53,044 nucleotides of DNA from Mesotaenium endlicherianum (lineage: Eukaryota). Where the stretch lies: positions 1-53,044 of the forward strand of contig WELA01000746.1 of assembly GCA_009602735.1 (NCBI GenBank), given 5' to 3'. The stretch's first letter is position 1. The number at the start of each line of letters is the position of its first letter. Below, piece by piece: positions 1 to 11,869 of the stretch. Under the pieces are notes generated by a model. The model was not told the origin of the DNA, did no database searches, and was given only the letters and a program-made list of their open reading frames with translations. Position numbers and translations under genes: made by a program.

Positions 1-27
1 TCTCTCTCTCTCTCTCTCTCTCTCTCT
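1..27. repeat. (TC)n microsatellite
   Basis: Direct reading at window start. Confidence 0.95.
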
Positions 28-42
28 TGATTCATGTAACGG

Positions 43-743
43 TGTAATGAATGAGTAAATTGGTAGATATAATAGTCATTGGTAATTGAGTTCAATCTGC
101 TGAATTTTTATCAGTATTTAATTTAGTGGACTCTCAACAATATTTAGTTTAATGACTCAGGCAGGTACAGTGTGCTGAGGTCCACTGTAGGTCAACTCGT
201 TGACACATTCCTTTATAGTCAGCTAGTTGACTGCCGTACGCGGTATCAGTAAAGTGCTTAGTTATGCATCTAAGTGTGATATGCTAGATGAGTGGCTAGA
301 TGACACCCTTGGGTGGATGGCAATTTAGGATGATGGGAGATGGCTGTGGATTTGGTTTGCCAAGGTCCTACCGAGTTGGTTATTTCGCGGGTAGGCAGTG
401 CCATTGCACTTGCCATTGAAGAGTAAACCCATTCCATGCATATAGTCTAGGTGAGGCCCTCAAGTTTGGCCTTCAAGAACAAGGCCAATTCTCTGCACAG
501 CTTATTTGGAGAACATCTGAGTCCAAGACTACAAAGCCGTTACACAAATTGCTTCTTACCTTGCTTATGTATGAGTCTACTTGCTGCTAGTTTACTCACA
601 TTTGACTTGTGAGTATTAGAATGCTTATTGTGGTTGTCTTTTGTTGATTATAAAGTCAACCAAAAACTACCATATAGATTACTTGCTGATACAAAGATCT
701 TTGTTTATTATTTAATAGCTTGTAGGTAAGTCGATGGATTTCA
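43..743 (+). mobile_element. Diverged solo LTR of gypsy family C
   Basis: Starts TGTAATGAATGAGT, ends GGTAAGTCGATGGATTTCA; collinear with the LTR at 48762-49480. Flanks AACGG/AATGA could be a decayed TSD. No PBS follows. Confidence 0.8.
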
Positions 744-749
744 AATGAC

Positions 750-1160
750 TAGCAGCATTGGATGTTGATCTCTTAGTAATCCGTACAGAGAGTTGACCTT
801 GTATCCAGATGCCGGATTCGATAGCATGTGTACAAGGAACGAGGTTTGTGTTCAACGGCAATGGCATCGCCTACACGGGAGTCAACCTCGTTGGTAGAAC
901 ATCGGCTGACCAAATCCATAGCCATCTCCTATCATCCCAAATCACCGTCCACCTATGGCGTCATCTAAGCATTCATCTAGTAAAGCATAAAAGATGCATT
1001 ATTAGGCAGTTCACTAGTTTTGTTTAAGACGATCAATTGGCTGTCAAAGAATATGATAACTGACTTAAATGGACTTCAACTTGCTGCTCTTGGCTGAGTC
1101 ATTATACTGAATATTAAGTAGAAATATACAAACTGAACTCAATTAACTGTTACATTACAC
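750..1160 (-). mobile_element. Degenerate family-C LTR fragment in opposite orientation
   Basis: Blocks such as GTTCAACGGCAATGGCATCGCCTAC, CAAATCCATAGCCATCTCCTATCATCCC and GCTGAGTCATTA match the LTR at 33103-33820. Boundaries approximate. Confidence 0.7.
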
Positions 1161-1293
1161 TAATTCAGTGTATCTAACGCTAACTAATTCATTTTACTAT
1201 CAACCCGAACTACAAAGAAGATGGAAAATTGTTAGAAAGGGCCTTACTCTAAAGACAAAATTGAACGTGTACAGTAGAAGGCTTCATATTTAA

Positions 1294-3403
1294 CACTAGG
1301 TATCCCATCGGACCATATATGGTCCTCGGACCATATATGGTCTAGCTAACCCCCATTTTTCAGCGTTGACCTCCAGGGTGCTACAGTTGACCAACTGGTA
1401 CAAATTATGGCTAAAACGAACCGTACAGACTTGAATCTTAGGCGAAAAAATGCAAAATGGTCTTCCGATTATTAACGACAAAGTTAGAGTGAAAAGAAGG
1501 AGGTTCAAACTTCAGGTTCACAACAAAATTTCAAGTGAAAAGTCTGTCATACCCGAGGTCACTAAAGAGCTCTTAGAGCCATGACTTCTTCTTCAAATGC
1601 GCCAAAAATAGTTGTGGGTGGTAAATTACTCATCCCTGCCACCTTCTGGGGAGATGCATGGGCGAAAATGACATTTGGACAATATTACATAGAGTTTTTC
1701 TTAGTCGGAATTGTGAGAAAAGAGGTTGTGAGGACTAAAAAGGAAAACTCATGGCTCATAGAAGTGTTGTATGACAAAGAAGAGAAGCAATGGGAGGCAT
1801 GGCAGGTCAGGCAGTACCTATCTACAGTGCCTGAAGAGTCCTGATTTTATTTTGGCCGCATGTAGTTCGTTTTGGCTTGGTTTCCTCAAGGGCCTCTTTG
1901 CTTTCAAATTCGAGGGAGAATGAGGGTCACGGTCTAATTTCGTCCTCCCAAGATCCAAATGATGACTCACAGCCAAGGTCTAGTGATGGTGAGGAGGATA
2001 AGGAGAATGAGGAGGAAGAGGAGGAGGAGGAGGAGGAGGAGGAGGATATTATGAGGAAGAGGGGCAGGCCTGACACCGGAAGAGGTAAGCAGCTGATGCT
2101 CATTGTTCCTACTGTTAAAAATGAGAAAAGGAAGAGGAGGAGAAGGGCAACTGCTCCATAACCATAATTTCTCCTTAACCATAACTTCTCCAAACATTGT
2201 GGTGCACTACAAAACACACAAAGACGCTGTTGATCAATTTTACAAGCTCTGTGTGAGAGATAAGTTCTTTGTCGAGACTTCTGCTGTGAGCTTAAAGTGG
2301 TGGCACAAACTATATTGGGGTCTATTTGATGCTGCCCTGGCCGATGCCTACATCCTCTACAACCTGGCCCATCCTGAGAGTGACAGGTATCCCTTCATGT
2401 TAGATGTTGTAGCGGAGATGACAGACTTCCATGATCCACATAAGGGGAGGCGCTTTCGCTGGAGTGCGGGGCGGGCTGGGATTAACAGGTTCCTAGGGAG
2501 ACACTTCCCTAAGCACCTTCCAGGAGGCTCTAGACCAGGATGTGTAGTGTGCAAGAGCAAGTTGTATGACCTAGGCCATGAGAAGCGTAAGGTGAGGCCT
2601 AGCTATTGGTGCGCAACGTGTGGAGTAGCGCTTTGCCCCGCACCTTGCTTTGAGGAGTACCACACCAACAGGCACATAGCACATGTAGATAGTGGCCCCT
2701 ACAAGCTGAGTAGCAGTAAGAAGTAGGATTGTAGAGCAGAGGAACTGCAACTGAAACATATATGAAAGACATTGTGCTCCATAAACAATTCAGCTTCATG
2801 TGTGCAAAGCTGTCGATTCTGCAATATTTCGCAACTAATAATTCATTTTTAATCATTTTAACTCATTATTTTGTATATAAATATTTATTTGTAAGTAAAG
2901 TAAGACCTTACTTTCGAGCTCCACTTTACAGATTACTATTTGCATGTGTAAAGAATAAATTATGAATTATTAACTGTGGTGCTTTGGTGCATGAGGCACT
3001 AAAAAGTACGAAAAATACTCGACCCCATATGGTCCACTAAGTACAGAGTGTGCCTCCACAAAGCTACTGATTAGAATGAAGTGAAATTTGTTTCATATGA
3101 TAGGTAAGACACATGCCTACCCCAGATTAAATCAACAACTACTGGTTCAAATCCAAATTCATAGTGTGTGAAGGTAAAGTTGGCCCTATTTGCTCGTTTC
3201 TTGTTACCGTACACACTTTGTACGGAAAGTACACCTTACCTTTCCGAAAATTGCGGGCCACATGGCCAGTGCAATACTTTGTGATGTAAGCTCTCTAATG
3301 GTCTATCACACATAGTCATAGCTTAAGTGGTTATTTCAATATAGTGTGACTTAGGGGGTGCATTATTGGACCATATATGGTCTTTTCCTTGGGAGACCTA
3401 GTG
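1294..3403 (+). mobile_element. piggyBac family pB-A, internally deleted non-autonomous copy
   Basis: TTAA at 1290-1293 and 3404-3407; TIRs CACTAGGTATCCCA / TGGGAGACCTAGTG; collinear with 44098-47375 apart from a ~1.2 kb deletion near 2150. Confidence 0.95.
1581..2726 (+). pseudogene. piggyBac transposase remnant: N-terminal domain and acidic linker joined to the C-terminal part with the Cys-rich domain
   Basis: ORFs 1581-1844, 1877-2161, 2103-2726. Retains VDQF motif, KWWHKLYWGLFD helix and CVVC...YWCATCGVALC..CFEEYH ribbon. First two catalytic Asp regions deleted; premature TGA at 1842. Confidence 0.9.
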
Positions 3404-3687
3404 TTAAGGCTTTAAGCTGTAATACAAACTTCTTTCGTACAACTTGCTTGTGTATGAGTTTATCGATCACATGATTGATGCTCGTATACTAGCATATGCC
3501 TTTAGAGTATGATTTGTATTCTGTTATGCTTGCTGTTAAGATTATGTGTTGACTAAATTTTTTTATCGAAATGGGTATTGCTCACTAATAGCTAGGTTGA
3601 GTCATTCTCAGACAGTAGTCAAATAGGTAGAAAAACTAAAATGCGTTTGAATCACGCGTCGTCAAAGTTGAGATAATACTTGGTTAA

Positions 3688-5664
3688 CACTAGATAGCTT
3701 AAGCTAATACACACTTTTTGGTGCAAATATAGCATAAGTTTGCTATTTTTTTGAACTCTTAATAGTACTCCAATGATGTCTTGAGACATAGATTTGGAAA
3801 GGTATAAGTCTCACCTTTCTGATCATATGACTTTTTATTTTTTTAATTAACTTAATGGATTATTAATTGAATGTAAAGACAAGTGAACACGATCACCTAT
3901 TTTTGGTCAATTTTAAAGAACCTCTTGAGGCTAGCTCTTACAACTCCAAGCATTTGGATTTTGGCCAGAGGTGGCTACACATGTTCTTAGAGGATGTACC
4001 AAATTTCAGACATCTAGTATCTTATGAGATACAATTTTTATCGAAGTTGCTCCCTAATATGCGACGCTTTTTTTTTTGGTGCATTTAGAAGCCAAAAGTG
4101 TGAAATGGCTAAATGAATTGTTGCTTTTAATTTTAAAATATCAAGAAATAAATGAAAGCAATTCATATTTCACTTTTACCTATAAATTACACAAATCACA
4201 ATGTTATAGAGAGTACAAAATTCAAAATGTCAACTGAGCATAAGACATCTAACACACTCTTGAACACAAACACATGGCATCATACATCTTACTTCATAAG
4301 AGAATTGCATCATTTGAAGTCATGCTAAAAAGTCGTCGATATGCTATTCCTTTGCCCTCACCTCTCGTGTAGGACCTACATCCAAGTGGTCTATAGCTAG
4401 GCAAAGTAATAGGCCCCTTCTGAAGCTTTTTCCAAAAGTGCTTTAGACTGGGAAGAGCATACAGGCCCATAGCCACGCACAAACCATGAAACACAACAAT
4501 TTCAGTGGTCGTGCAAGGAATCCAGCCCCTAACATTATGCTCAGCTGCATATGCATTAGTCTCTCTAACTAGCTAGTCAAAGAACCACATGGGCATGAAT
4601 AAGCACAACACGCCAAAGGGGGACAGATCTCTAAAATTCTTGGCCGAGATGCCTTGAAGCCCATGGTGATGGTCACTAGAGGGCTTCAATAACATGTCCT
4701 CATATGTCTCTCCAGGGGAAGCCTCCCTCCAGCTCCATTCTTCAAGGAGCTCCTCAGCAACTCCATCGTCTTCATGCATGCTTAGGGGTAGCACCTGTGC
4801 ATCCTCCTCGTCCGAATCAGATTCTGAACTTTCGGCCTCACTGGCAGTGCCTGCATCACTGTCAGAATCCAGAACTTTGGACTTTCTTTTTTCTTTCCTA
4901 TCTGCTGCTGTCTGTGCTTGTTTGAACTTGCTCCTTTGTGCAGGAGCTGTTATCCTACTCACACCTAAAGGTCTCCCCCTCTTTCTCTTCTCGGCCACAG
5001 ACAAAAGTTCCTCACTCTCATCAAATTCCTCATCAGGCAAGGATAAATCTAGTCTAAGAGGAACAAGCGGGCCTTCCGAATCAGGCTGTGAGGGCTGGCT
5101 GTCAGGCACACATGGTACTTTCTTCTTATACGCACCCGCGGCTAAACATTGCTCAAACCCGTCGTCGGCGTTAAGATGACCCTCTACAAACTCAGCAGTA
5201 AACTTTACCTTTGTCCCATCATACTCAAACAAGACTTGAAAGAGAGGGTCATTCTTCTTCCCCTTCATTTCTTTCTTTACCTCTCCTCTCAAAAACACTT
5301 GTTCACATTCATCACCGAATTGCTCATATGCCCATACTCGTCCGAAATAAACTGAACTCACAAATATGTACAACCCTAGCATAGGACTCCTAGAACTCTC
5401 TCCTACAGCCATGGCGGACGAATTCAAGAAGAGCGACAAAGAAGAAGGAAGAAGCAGTTGCTGTCAGTCGCGGAAGACTGCAATTCGTTGTCGATTTTGT
5501 TTGCGAATTTAATTGCGGAATCCTTGCGATGTTCCCAATTGTTTGAACCTAATTTTGTAAGAAATGATTAAATATTTAGAAAATGCTAGCCTAAACCAGG
5601 GAGCTCTCGAAACGCACCAAAATATTTGTGTTGCACCAAATGTGGTTCTATGGGCTATCTAGTG
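3688..5664 (-). mobile_element. piggyBac family pB-B, internally deleted non-autonomous copy
   Basis: TTAA at 3684-3687 and 5665-5668; perfect 11-bp TIR CACTAGATAGC / GCTATCTAGTG; subterminal TTTGGTGC / GCACCAAA motifs at both ends. Confidence 0.9.
4344..5412 (-). pseudogene. piggyBac transposase remnant (pB-B)
   Basis: ATG at 5412; N-terminal domain and acidic linker. LSPFGVLCLFMP, VRETNAYA, EIVVFHGLCVAMGL and GPITLPSY match pB-A (TLFAVLCLFIG, VNEKNAYA, EMVVWHGRYLAMAL, GPIRFPSF). A deletion near 4393 joins to tail IDHLDVGPTREVRAKE*, matching pB-A IAHVDSGPYKLSSSKK*. Stop at 4573. Confidence 0.85.
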
Positions 5665-6287
5665 TTAAGAAGATAAAGTGTATCATGATTTCCTGAAGAC
5701 AGTGATATACTTGCGTTAAGTTGATCGTCTTTAATCGTGATGAGAATGGTCTGTTACTTCAGAGTGCAAATCACATGAGTTGCGTTTTATGCATGGTCAT
5801 TGTATTGGACGATCAAAATTGTACTAGAAGTGAGTAGAGTCATGGTCATAATAGACAGTGACTATTCAATATTTACGCTAGCTTACATAATCGCCTACCT
5901 AATCAGTCGTATTCTCCCAATTAACTTACTCATTTCCTCTTGTCTTAAAATCCTAGCGTGACTATTCAGTTGGCTATTATTTTGAATGAAGTTGAGTCTC
6001 TTAACTTACTTTCAATGTAGCATGAAGTTGTTAACATTATGTATCATGCAGGTTGCAATCTAACATGATAGAAGCTGGTTGAGAATTTGGTTAGCCGAAG
6101 TCCGACCTAGTCCAAATATGGTTAAATAATGAGTAGGTGGTGTAATCGCATTGTTGTTGTGTGTAATCTCATTATGTGATGTATGCTTGGATTGCTAGCA
6201 AGTGAGGCATGCTAGTGTGGTGCAAGTCAACCAAAGTTCAAAAAGGTAGGTCAAGCTGAGGAGGCAATGCAACCAAAGTAAGATTCT

Positions 6288-6850
6288 TGAAAATGAATCG
6301 ACTTACCAGAAGGCGATTAACAATTCAATGAAGATCTGTATATATCAGCGAGTAATCCTTATGGTGATTTGGTCAACTCGTTAAACAGCAGGAGCACAAT
6401 GCAATGGATGCGAGTACATTCAATGAGTCAAATGTAAGTAAAATAGCAACAATCAATAAGTAATCTCATAAGTACGGTGAGTACTGATTGCGTATCAACT
6501 TGCACCCTTCAATTCGTATCATCTGTCACTAGATTTTGCACAGAGTTGGTCTCGTTCTCAAATGTTGACCTCGGAAGCAAATGTAACATATGTACATGGC
6601 ATAAGTTTACTCTTCAACGGCAATGTCATGGCGCCGAATATCAGGTTGCATCGTCTATAAGGTAAATAACAACGTCAACAAATACCTTGGTGAGCCAAAT
6701 GCACAACCATTCTTTATCATCTCGATTCGCCATCTGCCTAAGGCGTCATTCGCACATTTATCTATCTAGTCTATCACTATCGATGCACTTTTAGGCACTT
6801 TGCTTGCTTGAGGCGATCACCAGGTTGTCAAAGAATGTGTCAGCAAGTTA
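6288..6850 (-). mobile_element. Truncated, diverged family-C LTR remnant
   Basis: Begins TGAAAATGAATCGACTTACCAGAAGGCGATTA (cf. 33103) and stays recognisable to GTCAAAGAATGTGTCAGCAAG; other end missing. Confidence 0.75.
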
Positions 6851-8840
6851 GTTTAGAGAGAGAGAGAGAGTCGCAAAGGGCTTGGGAATTAGGGACTTTC
6901 CTCTCCGCGGAGGAGCTCACAAGACAATGGTGGGTACGAGGCTACAGAGCAAAAGAAGACGTGTGCTTGGTACAATCTTACCAAACCCGAGTGAAAGGTA
7001 GGGTAGCTCAGCTCAAGGGAGCCCCTCAGTCTTAGTTAACATGAACGTTGGAAGACTTGACGAGATTTGGGATGACAACTGGATAAGAAGGTTTTATAGT
7101 AACGAATTGTAGACATACAGTTTCAAATGCCTTCCTGAGCAAGAATGCATGCTTTTAGTACTAACATGGTCAGACTGTGTCTCGCTTCCTAATCCGATCT
7201 CTGTAGTGTGCAAAAATATCTTACCTAACTGCGCGGTGTTACAGAAGGCGCGTACAAATTAGATGCTCAAGTATCTTCAGGCAGCACGTTTGAGTAGTGT
7301 ATGCCACGAGAAATGTGGTGGTGGTGCAAAGCCTACTCTCCCACTACTATAAGAGTGTAATACCGTCGTGGCCAATGCTCCCTGTCCATCCACTACCAAA
7401 TAGCAGCCAGGTCAACCGGTAGCAACCGTAGTAAGTTAACTAGCAAGTGTCGACCCACGACTTGCGGTGGCGAGGTGCGTGTGAGAGTTGATGATTCAGA
7501 CTAAGTCCGAAGAGGTCTCATGGCAACTCAAAAGTGGCCTCATGAGGGGACTTGAGCTAGCACAACTAAGTTCGGGAAGCTCCTAGCTAGCTTGGCCCTC
7601 ACCTACCATCCGAATCCCCCATGTCATGCCCGTCCTTGTCGACTCCCTTTGGTGTCCAGTAGTCGCACATACGGGTGGAGGACCAATGACAGGACCAGTG
7701 GTTAGTCGGGTTAGGGTGGTAGGCGAAGATGGTCTAGTCTGTGGGCAGTTGTGGTGAACAATGGGACCCGTGATCTGCTCACGAGGATCTGCTGTTGAGC
7801 AGCTGTGAGGCTCCCCCAAGATCATGCGGATACCTCTTTCCTCCATGTGTGGCGTTGCCGCCACCACATGTGGAGGTCGGCCCTCAGCTTCGCTCGCCTG
7901 AAGGGTCGGCGCCGGTACTCAGTGGGATCCCCTACTGTCCATGGCTAGGTTGTCACGTACCGTAGGCAATCCCAACGGGTAAGCCCTCGAGATTGCTAGG
8001 GGATAGGGAGGGTAAGGAATGAGAGTGGGTGTCACATCACTTGGGGTTAGGTCGCACATATTTAGTCGATAGTCGATCCTAAGTGGATTTTTCTGGTCTT
8101 ATCATATTTTTGGATTTGTGTGAGTAGTGACGCGATGACGCGTCAATCAATGCACTCAGACTTTCGTTTCGTTCGATTTGCGTTTGGACATAAGAGAGGG
8201 CATGCTACTTAGACCGCGAGCTAACACCATGATGGTGTTAGCTTTGTATGCTCGTTCTTATGAGTGAGATGATTCATTGCTTTGTGACGTGACTAAATGC
8301 TCGTGATGTATGATTAAGCACTCTCGCTTGCCTCACTTCTACATGTAGTTTGCTCGTAGGCATGCCACCATTCACTTTTAGTCGCAAACATGACATTCTT
8401 CCTCGCGGCCATAACATAGCTTTCCATTATGAAGTTGCTCGTCACAATTGGCTCGGTTGCTCTTACTTCAGGTGTCTGCACCTCGCTCCAGCTTGTTTAC
8501 AGGTTTTCATAGCTCGTTTTTGATGTACCAAGTAACTGCCTATTTGCCTAGTAGTGTCCAGTTCAATTTCTGTTATTCTTTACGTTTTTGCAGCTAATAA
8601 GCTGTGGGCTTTACCCCCTAATAGGGGGGATTTTGGCCCACAACACGTAGGTCAGTCGCTTGAATTCCCAGACCAGAGAGTAGTCCCTCCCTAGTAGTTG
8701 TCACCTGCTGCTAGGGCCCTTTCTTCCTTCAGAAGTGTTGATGCTTAGCGTATGCCGACAGTGCCAATTGCGACACCCACTGATACACTCAACAAGTACA
8801 AAACAATTGATACAGTATGCAGGAGACAAGTGAGTGCCTG

Positions 8841-8843
<3 letters not shown>

Positions 8844-8926
<83 letters not shown>

Positions 8927-8927
8927 N

Positions 8928-8985
<58 letters not shown>

Positions 8986-9005
8986 AAGAGAGAGAGAGAG
9001 AGAGA
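8844..9005. repeat. (AG)n microsatellite
   Basis: Direct reading; contains one N. Confidence 0.95.
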
Positions 9006-9254
9006 TGAGCGAGAAAGAACACGCGTGAGAGAGAAGAAATATATATATACATTTATATGTGTGTGTATGTATGTTTATTAATTAAAACAAGAGAGAGGAA
9101 AAGAGAGAGAGCAAGGGAGAGAGGGAGGGCTCACGAGAGAGCGAAAGCGAGCAAGTGCGAACACGCGTGAGAGAAAAGAAAAAACATATTCATATATAAA
9201 GATGTATTTATATATGTATCTATATGTATATATGTATATTATTAAATAAGCATA

Positions 9255-9258
<4 letters not shown>

Positions 9259-9288
<30 letters not shown>

Positions 9289-9728
9289 NNNNNNNNNNNN
9301 NNNNNNNNNNNNNNNNNNNNNNNNNNNNNNNNNNNNNNNNNNNNNNNNNNNNNNNNNNNNNNNNNNNNNNNNNNNNNNNNNNNNNNNNNNNNNNNNNNNN
9401 NNNNNNNNNNNNNNNNNNNNNNNNNNNNNNNNNNNNNNNNNNNNNNNNNNNNNNNNNNNNNNNNNNNNNNNNNNNNNNNNNNNNNNNNNNNNNNNNNNNN
9501 NNNNNNNNNNNNNNNNNNNNNNNNNNNNNNNNNNNNNNNNNNNNNNNNNNNNNNNNNNNNNNNNNNNNNNNNNNNNNNNNNNNNNNNNNNNNNNNNNNNN
9601 NNNNNNNNNNNNNNNNNNNNNNNNNNNNNNNNNNNNNNNNNNNNNNNNNNNNNNNNNNNNNNNNNNNNNNNNNNNNNNNNNNNNNNNNNNNNNNNNNNNN
9701 NNNNNNNNNNNNNNNNNNNNNNNNNNNN

Positions 9729-9787
<59 letters not shown>
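9259..9787. repeat. (AG)n microsatellite spanning an assembly gap (N 9289-9728)
   Basis: AG runs on both sides of the gap. Confidence 0.9.
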
Positions 9788-9791
<4 letters not shown>

Positions 9792-11125
9792 TTCTAAATG
9801 TGGAGCATAATGACGTCAAATGTACGATTGTGAGGATACTAGTGGATGACACCTGATGACTTTCGCAGCAACCGCTCGCTCGATCACACGCGTGTGCATA
9901 TACACGTACGCACACATGCATCCTGGCCCGCACACAAACCCGCACAAAGGTACGCATACATGTTGGACTTCATTTTTGTAGGCAGGCACCCCAATGCTCC
10001 ATTCCCAGCGCCCGCATGCATGGTGGACGGTTGCTCGCACGTACGTGTCCGTCGCTTGTGTGAAACCTCGAGGACCATCCAGGACCAAAAGATTCACACG
10101 CTCGACGCACCGACGGAAGAAATCAATGGGATGAGCACGATCGTGAGGATCTAATTGATTCTGACAAAAGGCGCCCAAATAGACAATTTTGACGTTCGTG
10201 GGAAAAGTCGCCAACCGAATGGCCAAATCTGGAAGCACGTGTCATCCATTTGGTGAATCTGGGCAGATTTGGGTGAGAGCGGAGGCTGGCGCAGGTTCGG
10301 CGCAGGCATTTATTCGCTCGCTTGTAATGCTTTAAAGCGTTCGCAATTCTGACGCTTACACGAGGCAAACGTACGGGTGCAGAGGTTTGACAGCAAGTTG
10401 CTCGCCATTCCTCATGCCTTCACAAGGAAATGGCAAAAAACGCGAATTGGTGGCATGCCGAATCGCGAAAAATGCAATTTTGCAGAATGGTTTTTTGGCA
10501 AAATAATTGATTCAAATTGAGAGGATGGGTTGCAAAGTGACAGTAAAGTTGTTGGCAACCATTGGCAACTGTAGCAGAGCGATGAACTGTGGCAGTCTGC
10601 AATGGTCTGAAAGGAACAGTGAGTAATTTTTTTAGGTGAAGTGTTTGTGGGCCATTTCTAGGAATTATTGGGCATATTCTGAATCAGTATAATGCATGCT
10701 CTTTGGCTTGGTGCCATTTAATGTCGTTCTGCCAAAACCCATGATCAAATAGCCATTCGAATTTCAAACTCATATGCGCAAAAACGAGCGACGAACTTTT
10801 GCAAGCTTACAATGTCGGGCACATGCAGGAGTGTCACAAAAGCGCGGTCCTATGAAGCAATTGTTGCCTGTAAAAACGGGTTCAAAAAATACCCAGTGTT
10901 AGTAGGCCTCGTCGGATCAGCGTCAGCAAGCTTGAGGTGAAATAGATTGTCAGGTGAACCTTGGTGAACTCCCTTTCACCTCCTTCAATCATGGGGTGGA
11001 AATTGGCGCTAATTTTTCGAGATTTTGAATTTGGAGCCTTAAATTTTTGAATCTTGACATTTTTTTAAGTTTGATTTCAGGGCAATATTATTACATATTT
11101 GTTTAATTAAAGTTCGCTAATTCAC

Positions 11126-11869
11126 TAAAAGGGGCAGGGTGCATTAGTGGAAGCGTCCTGACTCACAAGGAAGAGAACTAATCGCAATCATATTAAAGAG
11201 TGCCGCAGCATATCACTAAGAAAGCTTACGAAAAATACTCAACATCTTGAGTAGCAAGAAATTGCTCACAAGTGATGTAGGATGAAAGGCCTTGTCATTA
11301 CAAACCCGCAGAAATTTACAGAAGTGAATATTGATAAGAAACAAAGAAGTTATGCCTATTTATAGTTTTCTGCCTAAGTGCTCCTCTCTAGGAGGAAGCT
11401 ACGGATTTCCCTAAGTGTTTGTCAATTCGTCCCTTCCTGAATATTCGTGAGATGGCCAGATCAATCTCATCAGACGTGTCGGGCCGAATTGATGTCCCGA
11501 TACATGCATCGACATTACTAGAATATTCAATCTTAGGCGCGCAAAGTTAAATCGAAAGTTCTAGGCAAATCGACCTAGTCGGCACTCCGCGTCAGCCGGA
11601 CTTACGTGAAGGTTCGAGTTCACTCTAACGGGCCAGATCGCTCAACGCTGTCGGTCAATCCGACAGTCGCGCTCACCGCGAATTAAGGGCAGTCGTCACC
11701 CGACCTCAAAACTAGTTAAACTTAAAAAATCCGTTACTCTCTCAATACTTGACTAAATTCGATGAACTTTATATGAAAATGATCACCAAAACAAACTCTA
11801 CACTAATCTACAATCAAAACATACTTTCATGAAACTCAAAAATGCACTTTATAAACCTATGACCTTACA
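11126..11869 (-). repeat. 3' LTR of A1
   Basis: Homologous to 27085-27813, 16843-17584 and 26128-26871; minus-strand start TGTAAGGTCATAGG preceded by PPT GAGGAGGAGGATGA. Confidence 0.95.

Noticed and set aside
1310..1343. Palindromic repeats as a CRISPR-like array
   Set aside because: Only two adjacent copies with a 2-nt spacer, located in a piggyBac terminus.
8789..9957. ORFs with ER or SL repeats and X runs
   Set aside because: Translations of (AG)n microsatellites and N gaps.
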